From Harriotta raleighana (taxonomy: Eukaryota), in the NCBI GenBank assembly GCA_050575255.1, contig JBNZDD010013620.1, positions 2,933,209 through 2,997,208 of the forward strand: DNA of 64,000 nt. Reading direction: 5' to 3'. A program made the translations under genes and the position numbers. Positions 37,619 through 51,080 of this stretch are shown one piece after another. How positions within the stretch are numbered: position 1 is the stretch's first letter; each line of letters begins with the position of its first letter. Below the pieces are notes generated by a model that saw only the letters and a list, made by a program, of their open reading frames with translations, did not search any database and had not been told where the DNA came from.

Positions 37619-38057
37619 TATCTCTGGCTGTATATACTGTATTCAGTTTGATTTCCTCAAAAGTCTAACTGCTATTCCCTGAACAACCACTGGTGTTTAC
37701 CCTTAAGGCATAATATGAGCTATCTAATTACTACAATTATGGTATAGTTATCAAATTTCTAATCAGGACATGCATTACAGTTGGAAGCAGGCTACTCTGA
37801 ACTTTTCCAGAATAAATTAAAATACCACACATACTGAGACCAGATTATTGACTCTTGAAACCTGCTGTAGTTTGCAAACTTTTATAAATTATCCCGTCTC
37901 TTTCTTGTTTTCAACGCCTCCTAAATTCAGCCTACGATCTCCTCTGCAGCTTTTCATACTGATTTGTAGGGTGCAACATTCAATGGAAATCGAGATTTTG
38001 CTGGTGCAGGTCAACTCAACTAAGGAATGAATTTGTTTTGGTCAGAGGAGTGTTTGA

Positions 38058-38236
38058 AACATGCGTAACCCATCCCACCTACACTTGAAAATTCCTGCAT
38101 ATTGGAATGGAATGGGCACTCTTCCCCCTGAAGGGACACATCCAGTTTACCTAATTACAGAGAGTATCAGATTCAATTTGCCGAGAGCCACAGTTTGGAG
38201 ATCCCAGAGCGTGCATTGGAGTATTGTTGGAATTGT
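38058..38236 (+). repeat. Unclassified ~180-bp dispersed repeat, copy 3
   Basis: 'catcccacctacacttgaaaattcc...tggaatggaatgggcactct...gagagtatcag...agagccacagtttggagatcccagag'. Confidence 0.8.
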
Positions 38237-38239
38237 ACA

Positions 38240-38600
38240 ATTTACATTTATGTAGCTCATTTCATGCCGGAAGGATGTCTCAAAGCACTTCACAAGGCAA
38301 CTGGGCAGAGGGAATAAGGGGTAGGAGGTGCAACTGCCACTGCTGGGCACTGAGCTGGAGGGAGGGGAAATGAAGGAAGTGATCAAAAAAAGTAAAGATG
38401 ACCACAAACACTGTCAAAGAGACAAGTCGTAAGGTGGGCTTTAGATGTAGAGAGGACAGGGACAAGGCCAAGGGACTCTGGAATGGAGTTCCAATGCGTA
38501 GGGGCAGAATGGTTGAAGGCGACCCCTAATATTAGGAAGTTCACATGAAGTAGGCCAGGAATTGCTGAGTGATTGCAGGAGGTCGCAAAAGGCAGGTGGG
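38240..38600 (-). mobile_element. L2 3' fragment (second subfamily)
   Basis: AFNHSAPTHWNSIPESL...KAHLTTCLFD. Confidence 0.8.
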
Positions 38601-38671
38601 TGGGTTGAAGGGGGTTGGGGGGTGGTGTGGGGAAGACGCAAGGTATATTTGTTGGTGGAACCCGGTAGCTA

Positions 38672-38854
38672 ATGGCACACAGCAGTGTCCCACAAACAGT
38701 CGTGGATTGAAATGACAATTTATTATTGTATTTTTTGAGGGATTATTCGCTGTGTGGTGTAAGGAAACTTGCCCAATGGTTCGCCTTGTCTGGAATCGAA
38801 AGCAGATCTCTCGCTTGCCAGGCGAGTGCTCTTACCACTGAGCTGCAGGACTTC
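38672..38854 (-). mobile_element. tRNA SINE 5' two-thirds
   Basis: 'gagtgctcttaccactgagctgcaggacttc' is the reverse complement of the SINE head. Confidence 0.85.
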
Positions 38855-39789
38855 TATAAAAAGAAATGTGAAATATATTGTACTTATGCCTGTCAACAAC
38901 GACAAAATTACATTCATAGAGCGTCTTTCACGTCTACAGTGGACGAGTCACCATAAGTTCTATATATACCTCTTGCGTCTTCTCTTGTTCTATTTATTTC
39001 TGTAGGCTCATTCCAGTGCATTTTATACTGTCACCTCCTTGCCTGTGCAACTTCAATCATTCCTTTCTATTGTCCTGCTGGTTGCCAGAAGGAACATAAC
39101 ACTGTCTTGTACACAGACCACCAGAAACACATTCACATGAACCCTATTGTAATACCAGTTCAAAAGCTGTTGCTGCCCCCCACCACCATGTTAACGCAAT
39201 CCGATTTCCATATAGCCTATTTAATTAGAAGTCCTTATTTCTAGACTGGAGCCTTCTTTAGATTTTCTACAATGACTTAGGGGATGGGGTGGTTGAAGCA
39301 ATAATTCTCTAAACCTGGAATTTAAAATTATTTCTAAGAAATGTAAGTATTGTAAAGGTGTATGGTTTAGATTTTTTAATCGATTGTTTGATGATGGAAG
39401 AGGAAACTTGCTTTTTATATTACTAAGTAGGAAAGAGACTAAGAAACAGTGTGATGTCTATTAACTACTCTTACAAAACGCAAGATACTGCAGATGCTAT
39501 TTGCTATGAATTGTTTTTGTGTTGTGAATCAAAATTTGAAATTCCAAAGATGATTTTAGTTTTATCAATAAAAAGCAATTTAAGAGAGACTATCTTATTT
39601 TATCTTCTGCGAAAGTGTATTGATCTGTTCTGGACTATTTGATTTATGACTGTGGATTATTAAGGTACACATAAGATAAACCATGTAAGGTGAGGTTTGG
39701 TCACATTGGGGACATTGTAACTGGGAAAAGCTCATGGTATAAATATAAAGTATAACTGTATTTTGTAGATAAACACAGCAGTAATCTGC

Positions 39790-40030
39790 AAACAGGGAAT
39801 GAACCTTTTATTTTATTTGGGGGAGATTGACCCAGGAGATATATCCTCCTCTTCAAATAATGCCATGGAATATTTAACATTCATCTGAACAGGGAGACAG
39901 GCCCTCAAAGTGTCTCATCTGGAGTACAGTGCTCTGGGAAACTTCCTTTCATGAAGGGCGCTATATAAATGCAAGTTGTTGTTGACAGCACCTTTGACAA
40001 TGCAGTACTCCCTCAACACTTCATTGGAGT
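39790..40030 (-). mobile_element. DeuSINE core interrupted by a 60-nt L2 tail (about 39925-39983, +)
   Basis: 'ctcttcaaataatgccatgg...tctcatc' and 'gacagcacctttgacaatgcagtactccctca' flank 'tgaagggcgctatataaatgcaagttgttgtt'. Confidence 0.75.
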
Positions 40031-40453
40031 AATATAATGCAATGTTACCAACCGAAGTAGCCTAATACCTCGCAGGCTATCAATAATCACCGACTATATT
40101 GGCATTTAAATCCATCTGCCATTCCTTAGCTGATAGAAATTTATTTTGGATGCTCACTCTTTGGTTGAATTAAAACGTTACGGCTAGTGCTGGATTTTTG
40201 GAAACATGGGCCATTCTGGTGAATAATTACAACAAAATTAAATTTATAGAGCGCCTTTTACGTAGGGAGGACGTCTAAAGGCGCTGAGCAATCAGTTTGG
40301 GACTGTTGTAAGATTCTATGTAGGGTAGTGTCTCAGAGCACCACAAGCAGGACTCTTTCTGAACACAGATTCTGCAGGTGAATTTTATGTCTGATGTGAA
40401 TGTTTTGTGCTTCAAGCGGACTACTTTCTGAAAAATGAAAATTGAACTTCTGA

Positions 40454-43400
40454 TTTTTTTTCTTTCTGAAAGGTAGGCATGAAGATGAACAGTTGACTTC
40501 TGTGCACAGGCAGCTTGAATGTGTAGCTGTATGCAATGTGTTGCTCTTGATAACTTCCTGCTCCTCTGGTGTTCTTTATAAAACTGGTCGATGTGTGGAG
40601 TGGGGAGGAGCAGAGAAATTCAGTCTGGAAATAAAATATTAGTTTTCAATTCCACAATGGGACTACAGCAGTTCTGGATCTATATCTTTAAAATAAATAT
40701 TCTTAAATCATATTTAAAATCCTTTTTTATGCAGGCTTTAGTTTAGAAAGGATTCAGAAAAAATTATGAAGATAGGAATATCTTCAGAACTGGAAAAACT
40801 GTCCACTCCCAAAGTAAAATATACTACATATTATGGTTCTGCCTCTCGTATTCCTTCATTGCCAAATACCTATCCCTTTTAAATTTATTGTTACAGATTT
40901 ACCACTGCATCTTCTCTAACGCACCACAGTAATGATGAATAATAGATTTTTTTTAAGGTGGTGTAAAACTTTAATTGACATCACAACGTAAGATTTGTTT
41001 TCTTCTCGTCACAACTAAAATCTGCAGAACAGGCTCCCTAGGGAGAAGGTTGGAGCAGGAAATGTTGATTCTTTCAAACACAGATTTTCTTTTAGGGAAC
41101 AACATTATGGCATACAATACGTAGGTAGTTTGGGACATATGTGCATATGACTACCAAGAAGGTGAACTAGATCAACCTTGATCTTTCTTTGTTTAGCTTT
41201 TCTTATATTTTTATCTTCTTATCTCTGGAAGTACCATCCACAGTATATTGATTTGTTTAATTTGTTTTGTGTGGAATTCAATTGAGGAGGTATTGAGCAA
41301 CCTCTGGCAAAAATGTTTTTAAATGTGTTACTCCCATACTAAAATGATCTTGAAAGTAGAATGTCTCTGACAGCCTAAGCAGCAGTGGGATACACACATT
41401 TTTTGAGTTGAGAGAATATAAATCCCTATCCTGGGAACAACTGCATGCAAATCAAACGTAGAGGACACTATTTCCAGCCCAGCCTCTGATGGGATTTGCT
41501 GCATGCAGGGTTGTAATCGCCAGATCCACTTCATTATATGTTTGAGGTTTTTACTCTTTTTCTTCTGCAGTCTAGCTCTTTCAAAAAGATGATAGTGCTT
41601 AGGGTTATTTGTACTTAATCACTGCACTTCAAGACTTATTGCTAAGTGTAGGCTTGTATCCACAAGACCAAACCTAAAACGAATTACTGAATTAAATTGG
41701 ACCAAAGAAGATTGTGCTGAGTTACATGTATTTTGGGAAGCATTCTCCATTTCTCGCCTTCAACCCAAAAGATTCCACTTAACTATAAACAGTCCTACAG
41801 CAGGAAATTGCTCTGAGGTTACATGACCTATTATTATGGCTGACCATCTAAACATGTAGAAAGTAAAGCAACATTTTGTTGGCTATTGGTGTTTGCATTC
41901 TTGTTTTCCGCACTTCGGAATTCTTTGGCCACTCCCTTTGACCTAATGAAGCTATCACAGCCGTCAGAAGCTCATCCTTTGTGAGCTTGTAATGAGTCCA
42001 GGTGGCCTCCTCTCTCTTTTCAGAAAGGAAGCTATGCTTGTTGTGTTAATCTTCTTAGTGACACCGAACACATCAAGTATGTAGTTCCTATCAAGAATCT
42101 GTGGTACCAGTCTTTCAGAGGCTGCAGATTCGCCTTGTTTTTGAATGGCTTTGACATGTGGTGGTGGTTATATAAGTACCAGTGTATTAAAAAGATCTCT
42201 TGCTTGTGGTGCAGAAAGAAAAGNTTTTTTTTCTTTCTGAAAGGTAGGCATGAAGATGAACAGTTGACTTCTGTGCACAGGCAGCTTGAATGTGTAGCTG
42301 TATGCAATGTGTTGCTCTTGATAACTTCCTGCTCCTCTGGTGTTCTTTATAAAACTGGTCGATGTGTGGAGTGGGGAGGAGCAGAGAAATTCAGTCTGGA
42401 AATAAAATATTAGTTTTCAATTCCACAATGGGACTACAGCAGTTCTGGATCTATATCTTTAAAATAAATATTCTTAAATCATATTTAAAATCCTTTTTTA
42501 TGCAGGCTTTAGTTTAGAAAGGATTCAGAAAAAATTATGAAGATAGGAATATCTTCAGAACTGGAAAAACTGTCCACTCCCAAAGTAAAATATACTACAT
42601 ATTATGGTTCTGCCTCTCGTATTCCTTCATTGCCAAATACCTATCCCTTTTAAATTTATTGTTACAGATTTACCACTGCATCTTCTCTAACGCACCACAG
42701 TAATGATGAATAATAGATTTTTTTTAAGGTGGTGTAAAACTTTAATTGACATCACAACGTAAGATTTGTTTTCTTCTCGTCACAACTAAAATCTGCAGAA
42801 CAGGCTCCCTAGGGAGAAGGTTGGAGCAGGAAATGTTGATTCTTTCAAACACAGATTTTCTTTTAGGGAACAACATTATGGCATACAATACGTAGGTAGT
42901 TTGGGACATATGTGCATATGACTACCAAGAAGGTGAACTAGATCAACCTTGATCTTTCTTTGTTTAGCTTTTCTTATATTTTTATCTTCTTATCTCTGGA
43001 AGTACCATCCACAGTATATTGATTTGTTTAATTTGTTTTGTGTGGAATTCAATTGAGGAGGTATTGAGCAACCTCTGGCAAAAATGTTTTTAAATGTGTT
43101 ACTCCCATACTAAAATGATCTTGAAAGTAGAATGTCTCTGACAGCCTAAGCAGCAGTGGGATACACACATTTTTTGAGTTGAGAGAATATAAATCCCTAT
43201 CCTGGGAACAACTGCATGCAAATCAAACGTAGAGGACACTATTTCCAGCCCAGCCTCTGATGGGATTTGCTGCATGCAGGGTTGTAATCGCCAGATCCAC
43301 TTCATTATATGTTTGAGGTTTTTACTCTTTTTCTTCTGCAGTCTAGCTCTTTCAAAAAGATGATAGTGCTTAGGGTTATTTGTACTTAATCACTGCACTT

Positions 43401-43994
43401 CAAGACTTATTGCTAAGTGTAGGCTTGTATCCACAAGACCAAACCTAAAACGAATTACTGAATTAAATTGGACCAAAGAAGATTGTGCTGAGTTACATGT
43501 ATTTTGGGAAGCATTCTCCATTTCTCGCCTTCAACCCAAAAGATTCCACTTAACTATAAACAGTCCTACAGCAGGAAATTGCTCTGAGGTTACATGACCT
43601 ATTATTATGGCTGACCATCTAAACATGTAGAAAGTAAAGCAACATTTTGTTGGCTATTGGTGTTTGCATTCTTGTTTTCCGCACTTCGGAATTCTTTGGC
43701 CACTCCCTTTGACCTAATGAAGCTATCACAGCCGTCAGAAGCTCATCCTTTGTGAGCTTGTAATGAGTCCAGGTGGCCTCCTCTCTCTTTTCAGAAAGGA
43801 AGCTATGCTTGTTGTGTTAATCTTCTTAGTGACACCGAACACATCAAGTATGTAGTTCCTATCAAGAATCTGTGGTACCAGTCTTTCAGAGGCTGCAGAT
43901 TCGCCTTGTTTTTGAATGGCTTTGACATGTGGTGGTGGTTATATAAGTACCAGTGTATTAAAAAGATCTCTTGCTTGTGGTGCAGAAAGAAAAG
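40454..43994. repeat. 1770-bp apparently identical tandem duplication around a single N (probable artifact)
   Basis: 40454-42223 equals 42225-43994 by eye; N at 42224; the ORF track is duplicated at offset 1771. Confidence 0.9.
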
Positions 43995-45317
43995 GCCACA
44001 CATCAGTGGTTCTCAATGGTTAAAAAAAGAAGCTTAACAGGATTGACAGGATTGACAGACTACTCTGTTTGGCGGAAACATCCTTAAAAAGGTTGGTGGG
44101 AAGACGGATGAAAGAAAGCAATTCCAAGGAGTACAAAAGCTTCTGTGTTGTACTCCCACCCCTTTTCTGTTGTTGGGGTGTGCAAGAGAAGCAGAGCTTG
44201 AAGTTGCCATGGATTTTGGACAATTCAAGTGAGCTCACATCAGTCCCATTAAGATTTTGTGCCATTGTATAATGAGCGTTCTGCTGTAAGACAGGTGTGT
44301 AATTACTTGTGTCATGTTACTCAGATTCACTGGATAACAATTGTACTTCTGTTTTCAATCACCACATTTACTCAGTGTGAACCCTATTCATTTCCTGCAC
44401 TTGTCTATAGAATCCCATTTGTTTTTACTTACAGGGTTGCCTGTGTCATATTTACAATTGCTAAGAGCCAATGAACCCTACAGTGGACAAATGTGGGAAC
44501 ACGACCTTAAAGATGCAGTCACATGTTTTGTGACCTGATGTGTTGTGCGTTAACTTCTGAAGAGCTGCAATGAGAATACTTGTATTTAACAATGAAATCT
44601 CAGTCATTTGCCTTTAGTCCATACTATGCTTGTATGGGTGGGCTCGCCAGCCTTTAGACATCTGGATATTTTCAGGGTCGTCATCCACATCTCTCCCTTG
44701 TGACCAGCCAAGAATGCTCACACTCCTGGTTGGTGAAACCTTAATGTGGCATTTGCTGAAAATTAGAAATCAGATATGGGTTACGAATGCAATTCCTAAT
44801 ATTATGTTTCTGGGTATGAATTTGTCTCATACAAAAAGTTTTTTCACTGTAGTTTTCTTCTGGGAGGATTTGGCTACTAGTAGCAATAAATGTAATTTTC
44901 AAATGAGCCAAAATTGTATTGTCCACAAGCAAAATCTCCCTTACCAGCTCTTGAGGAAGCAATCTATTGACCTTAAGCAATGTAGTAGCATTTCTGCATT
45001 TCTGCAATCAAATTCAAATGAGTTTACATTGTAACAGCATTGTATTGCCAGTTAAAAAATGAATCAGTCAAAAATATCTCCAGTTCCATTTTTCGAATGT
45101 TATAAACAGAATCTTTCAACAGACTTTCTAGCAAGATAAATTTATTTTGAAGGAGACCAGATCATACTACCTATTACAGTATTTCAGTTTCACATTTGTC
45201 TGCCAATGTTTAATTCTGTTTCTGTTCTTCCCCCCCCCTCTTTCAGTATTGTTTGCTCCCCACTCGAGTATGGTTATATTATATGGGTGGTAGAGAAGCA
45301 ATAGGTGGCTATTTGAG

Positions 45318-45720
45318 TGTTAACCAAGCTCAGTTGTAGGACTCTTGCCTCAGAATCAGACTGTATTGAGTTCAAATCCCATATCTAAACTTCGAGCTCA
45401 TAGTCTGTACTGATACTGCATTAAATAGCTTTGCATGTGCTGCCATGTTGGATGTGATGTACTGTCCTGTCTGCTTGTGTAGCTGGAGGTTATGGATCCC
45501 ACAGCACTATTTGAAAAGAGAAGGTTGTTTGTCTTGGTATCATGGGCTGCAATGCAGTAGATTTAAAAAAACAACGACCTGGCTGTTTTGGAGACATTAT
45601 CTTGTGCAAATTGGCTACTGCATTTAGGGAATACACAATCAATAGACTTTTTTTAAAAAAAAAAGCACTTTAGGATGTTTTGACTTGAGTTGCTCTGTAT
45701 GGAATGCAGGGATTCTTATT
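45318..45720 (+). mobile_element. Near full-length degraded DeuSINE (SacSINE1-like)
   Basis: Head 'gctcagttgtaggactcttgcctcagaatcag...gagttcaaatccc', core 'gatcccacagcactatttgaaaagag', and 'gtgcaaattggctactgcattt'. Confidence 0.75.
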
Positions 45721-46137
45721 TATTGTGGGAAATTCTATATGACCCTTATGCAGTTGTGAGTGCACTTTGTGGTTGATGTTCAAGCACATTGTTGGTGTAA
45801 AGAAGACAAAATGTAGTTTGTGTCTATCCAGTGTGGTGGGGGAGGGGGCAAGCGGAGAGAATTGGATGAATAAGAGGATAAGGCCTTGTTCTCTAAGTGT
45901 CATTTGCAGTCTTAAAGTTAGCAACTGGTTTCCAAAGTTTTTTTGTTCCAGTTGCCTCGTATTTGTGAGGCATGCCTTGGTTAACTGCGCATAATATTTT
46001 AGATTTTTTTCCTTAAGAGTAAGGTTTGTCCCATTTATAAGTGGCTGTGTGGTCATACATTTTCACATTGCACATCCTGGAAAAGCAGAGTTGACAGTGC
46101 ATAATTGTATGATCTGATTATACACAACAACAACCAA

Positions 46138-46614
46138 ATTAGATTTGTACAGTGCCCTTCATGTCGGGAGGATGTCCCAAGATCCTGGACAGTGAATGTT
46201 TCAATTTTACTAACAGTACAGTATACTTTTGTATTTGTTCTTGCAGCACTACAGTAGAGATTATCATGCTTTGGGCATGTCTCCACTGGCTCCCCATCCC
46301 TCAGAGGATTGAATTCAAGATCCTCGCCCTCACCTTCAAGGCCACTCACATACATCTCTCTGACCTGCTGTCTCTNATTAGATTTGTACAGTGCCCTTCA
46401 TGTCGGGAGGATGTCCCAAGATCCTGGACAGTGAATGTTTCAATTTTACTAACAGTACAGTATACTTTTGTATTTGTTCTTGCAGCACTACAGTAGAGAT
46501 TATCATGCTTTGGGCATGTCTCCACTGGCTCCCCATCCCTCAGAGGATTGAATTCAAGATCCTCGCCCTCATCTTCAAGGCCACTCACATACATCTCTCT
46601 GACCTGCTGTCTCT
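46138..46614. repeat. 238-bp duplication around a single N (probable artifact)
   Basis: 46138-46375 vs 46377-46614, one C/T difference; N at 46376. Confidence 0.85.
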
Positions 46615-46971
46615 CTATGAGCCTGCCCGCACCCTCCGTTCAGCAAACTCAGGCCTGCTCCGCATCCACTGCCATAACTGCCCAATCATCGGTGGCCGGG
46701 CTTTCAGCTTCTCTGTTCCCACATTATGGAACTCCATCCTGCAGTCCCTCCATCTTGCTTCCTCCCTTTCCTCCTTCAAGGCCGGTCTCAAGACCTTCCT
46801 CTTCGACTGTGCCTTTGGCTCCCCCCCTGACTCTTTCCCCTCTCCCACTCTCCTTCCCACTCCCCCTACCCCCGACCCCCCCCCCCCGCTCAGTTCCCGA
46901 CCTGACTGTTCAGCGCTTCGGGACGTCCTCCCGATGTGAAAGGCACTATACAAGTGTAATTTTGTTGTTGT
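46518..46971 (+). mobile_element. Young L2 3' fragment
   Basis: Open frame LHWLPIPQRIEFKIL...ARTLRS...GGRAFSFSVPTLWNS...SFKAGLKTFLF plus a complete tail. Confidence 0.93.
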
Positions 46972-47534
46972 TTAGAAACTTTCCTGTTGAAAAGGGGAGA
47001 ATCTTTCAAAATTACATATTTTCTGTTAGCTTTCTGGAAAGCGTGTAACCAAGTGGCTTTGGTTGCTGTTTATTTTTTGAGAAATTAGAAATTTGTAAGT
47101 TGCAGCCTGATACCATCAGAATGCAAGACAATATGGAGAATCCCAGCTGTTGCTGCAGAAACGGTTCTAACTATTTTATTTGGTACTGTACATTTCAGTG
47201 AAGTTTACCAAGATGGATTCAAAATCCTTGTAATTTGTGTTTCAATCCTTCCATGGCCTTGTCCCGTCCTTCCTCAGTGACCTATTGAAGCCCTTCAAAC
47301 CCAACTGCTCCCTCTACTGCCCTTCTCGCCATACCCTCCTCAGCTTTCGACAGCTCCATCTCAGGCTCTCGGCCAGCTCTGTGAAGAGCTTTGTAACGTC
47401 CTCTCTATCTGAATAGCGCTATATAAATGTGAAATTGTTTTGCTTAGCTGGATACAATGAGTGAGGTTTGTTTCTGATGATCACAAAATATCTTGTGTAC
47501 AACTATTTTGCACAGTAAATTCTCTTGCCTGATT

Positions 47535-47957
47535 CCATTGACTCCTCATTACCCAGAGGATTCAACTCAAGATCCTGGTCCTCACCTTTAAAGCCTTTCC
47601 ATGGTCTTGCCACACTCTGCCTCTGCGATCGCCTAACCTTCCAGCAAACTACCCTCTCCCGCTGCTCAGTGGGCTCTAGCCTGCTCCATGTCCCCCAACC
47701 CATCCCTCCATTATCCTTCAGCCACTCTGCCCCTAACGTCTGGAATTCCATCCCGCAATCACTCCACCTCGCCTCCTCCCTGGCCTCCTTCAAGTCCCAC
47801 CTCAAGACCCTCTCCTTCGTCAGTTCCGATGGTTGCCCCTTCCTTTCCCTCTACCCTCCCCGATCCCAGTTCGGGTCTGAAACACTCACTGTCCAGCACC
47901 TTGAGACATCCTTTCAATGTGAAAGGCGCCATATAAATGTAATTTTGTTGTTGTATT
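47535..47957 (+). mobile_element. L2 3' fragment
   Basis: FSHSAPNVWNSIPQSLHLASSLASFKSHLKTL plus tail. Confidence 0.9.
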
Positions 47958-48014
47958 AGAATGATTTTCAATAGATTCTAGATACATGTTCTCATAAATT
48001 ATTTCTCTCCACAG

Positions 48015-48080
48015 GCAACTGAGAGTATATTTCGAATGGCTGTAACAAGAGGCCTCATCAATCCAATTAACCATGGAGAG
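48015..48080 (+). CDS. Candidate 66-nt exon of an unidentified host gene (ATESIFRMAVTRGLINPINHGE, or 5' UTR plus start codon M-E-R/S)
   Basis: Strong acceptor 'ttatttctctccacag' and donor 'GAG|gtaaga'; frame 0 fully open (phase 0/0); alternatively a Kozak-like accATGG at 48073 downstream of an in-frame TAA. Confidence 0.55.
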
Positions 48081-48762
48081 GTAAGAGCTTGTTTATGATA
48101 TCTAACTAAGTATATTATATATTAATTGTTTATTTTGTCAAGAATATTTCTTGCAATATTTCTGCGAGTTATAGAAGGTTACAGAAAGTTGCTGACTATA
48201 GTGCTAAATTAGTTTGCGTTAGGAATAGTCATTTGAAGTGGCATCCAGTAAAATATTGCCTGAACATAGATCAATGTACAGAATATTGCTCAATATGCTT
48301 TCGATTTATATCCATTTGATTGGATGTGTTTTATTCTTTCATCGACTGGAGTGAGGAATGAGTTGCAGCCTCTATTTCCCAAGTGGTAAGCAATAATTGG
48401 GAACTGGGTTATTAACAGACATGGGTTTGTTGCAATACTGTACAGTAGTTGAAATTAGCAGTATTTTAAGATCCAAGAGCTGTCATGGCATTAGCTATCA
48501 AGGAACCAAACAGGGCGTGAGTGTGATTCATGTGGACATGCCGAAACAAATGATCTTCTGTTCTTTGGATCATTTCTAGTATGAAAGTCATCAGTGTTTT
48601 TAACTTGTTCAGGTTTGGTATCGTATTCCTCCATTTGTTTTGATAGGAGGTGAAAGGCTCAAGAAGAATAAAACATTTAAATAAATCCAAGTAATGAGAA
48701 TTGTGGGGCATTTGCCTAACTTATTAAATCAACAGGTTTGAAAATAAACACAGAAATCTCTT

Positions 48763-49110
48763 GAACATAAGAACATAAGAATTAGGAGCAGGAGTAGGCT
48801 ATTCGGCCCTTCGAGCCTGCTCTGCCATTCAATAAGATCATGGCTGATCTTCTAACCTAACTCTATTTACCTGCCCTATCCCCATATCCCCTAATCCCTC
48901 TATTTAAAAAAAATCTTATCAGATTGAAAATGTTTCATCCTTGAAAATGTTCAATAACTGAGCATCTACAGCCTTCTGGGGGTAGTGAATTCCATAAATT
49001 CACGAACCTCTGAGTGAAGAAATGTTTCCTCAAATCTGTTCTAAAAGGCTGACCCTTAATTTTAAAACTGTGACAGATTATAGATACTCCCACCAGGGGA
49101 AACAGTCCCT
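48763..49110 (-). mobile_element. CR1 LINE 3' end, well preserved
   Basis: Reverse strand HSFKIKGQPFRTDLRKHFFTQRFVNLWNSLP; terminal (TTCTTATG)n repeat. Confidence 0.92.
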
Positions 49111-49545
49111 CAATTTGGATATGCTTTGTAAAGAAACCATATTTTTTTAAGTGGACTCTTAAGCAAATAAATACAGAATCTGTGGAACATGCAGCTTCAT
49201 TGCTTTTCTTTTCTCAATTTGTGCTCTACAGCTAAATGCTTTACAGCTAAATGAAGTAACAAAAGCTTTAAAGTTTAACCTGCTTTTAAAGCCGTCATTT
49301 GATGTGCAATTAATTCAGCAACTACTATGAGGATGTAGCTGTGTGCTATTAACTAAAGAGCTATTATATACAACTCATAAGACAATTTTTTCATTGTACA
49401 CCGTGTATAATGAAATATTTTGATTGATGAAATTAGTATTTACACAAAAGTACTCAAAAATATGTTTTTGGTTTGAAACCGGAACAATCCCCAAGAATGT
49501 CAATTTGTTTCTGGCCAAGTCCATCTGAGAAGAGAGAGAGAGACT

Positions 49546-49591
49546 TTTAGTTCTCTTATCTATTCAGTTCTCTATAGATAAGAGAACTAAA
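49546..49591. repeat. Perfect 18-bp inverted repeat with 10-nt loop
   Basis: tttagttctcttatctat / atagataagagaactaaa. Confidence 0.9.
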
Positions 49592-49954
49592 GATCACAAG
49601 ATCATACAAAATCACAAGATTGTTCTGGATGAAGAAGGCACTTCAGCCCATCTGATCTTATCCCTCTAGAATAGGGTTGTCCATTCTGTTAGTAACTAGT
49701 CAGGAAGTGAATTGGGAACCCAGATGTGGCAAAATTGCATTTTTGATTGGTAAATTAACAAATGAGTAAGAGACAATGTTGTTGGGCATGTGTTCTCAAT
49801 ACACATAGCTGCAATAATCATGTGTTGCATGTGTACTTTGATCTTTTTGTGTGTTGGTGAGATGGTAAGATGAAAAGCAGCGAGTGCTTTTTGATCATTG
49901 TATACTTTACTTCCTTGGTTACTTTCTATTGTTTATCTGCTAAAATGAATCTTC

Positions 49955-50240
49955 TTGACAACTTTTCAACTATGTAGTGCCCTTTATGTGGATAGCGTCT
50001 CGGAGCACTTAACAGTGGTGAGCTTGATGCTGAGTTAAGGAGAGGAGGGATTGACTGTAGGGATGGTCAAACAGGAAGGTGATCTGAAGACAGGGAAGCA
50101 AGAGGCAAAATGGAGGGACTGAGTTCAGCAGTGTCAGGGCAAAGTGGCTGAAAGTACGGCCGTTGATGGTGGAGCAGAGGAATAAGGGATGTTCAGGAGG
50201 CGGTTAATGGAGTCGGGATGTCAGAGAGGTATGGACTTAC
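49955..50240 (-). mobile_element. Degraded L2 3' fragment (second subfamily)
   Basis: Collinear with 50726-51080. Confidence 0.65.
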
Positions 50241-50725
50241 CAGGGCATGAAGTGATTTCTTCACGATTGTAGGGATCTCCCATGAAGAGCCCTAATTTAT
50301 CGAGATGTTGCGTTTAGCTTATTCCTCCAACATTGGGGATTATCCACAGGCTCCCTTCTGAACTCTTTACCCGTATATTCAGTGAAGCTCTTTGAGACAT
50401 CTCAAAGAAGTGTTCACGTGCTATATCAAATGCAAGGACTATTATTATTATTTATGCTGCCTTGTACTGTTTTGATGTAGTGAGCGACGAGTCAAATAAC
50501 ACCCATAGATTTCTTTTAGCTTCCCTTTAGGCAAATTCTATTTGAACCACAAAGTACAGTACTTGTGTTTCTAATTTTTGGATAATATTTATATTAACTT
50601 GAATTTATCAGCACACAAGCTCTCTTTGTAAGATCTTTGCCCCTCCTCTGAATCCACAGTTCCCCCCAACTTGGTTTCGAGTGTAGAGAAAATTGTTGAT
50701 GTTCTTCTGTTTTGTATGAATAATA

Positions 50726-51080
50726 CAACAACAACTTTGATTTATATAGCGCCCTTCATGCCAGACGGCATCTCAGAGCGCTTAACAACAACGGATCCCA
50801 GGACCAAGCCAGGGGCAGGGGTGGAAAGGTGATCGAAGGCGCAGTCGAAGAGAAAGGTCTTTAATTGAGACCTGAAACTAGGAAGAGAGGGGGCGAGGGG
50901 ATGGGACTGAGGAAGGGAGTTCCAGAGACTCGGGGCATAGTGGCTGCAGGTACGGCCGCCGATTAAGGAGCGGAGGATTCAGGGGACGCTAGACCCGGTG
51001 GAGCGAAGGAAACAGGTGCTGGTTTGAGGAGAGAGGAAATTGGAGAGGTAGGGGAGAGCAGAGGAGTGGAAGGATTTGAA
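50726..51080 (-). mobile_element. L2 3' fragment (second subfamily)
   Basis: Tail 'caacaacaactttgatttatatagcgcccttcatgccagacggcatctcagagcgct'; GRTCSHYAPSLWNSLPQS on the - strand. Confidence 0.85.

Noticed and set aside
40454-43994. Apparent recent segmental duplication
   Set aside because: Identical copies joined by a single N indicate a scaffolding overlap
46391-46939. 182-aa ORF, and similar ORFs at 1371, 14310, 34225 and 47525
   Set aside because: These are L2 RT C-terminal remnants without a real start; they are not host genes
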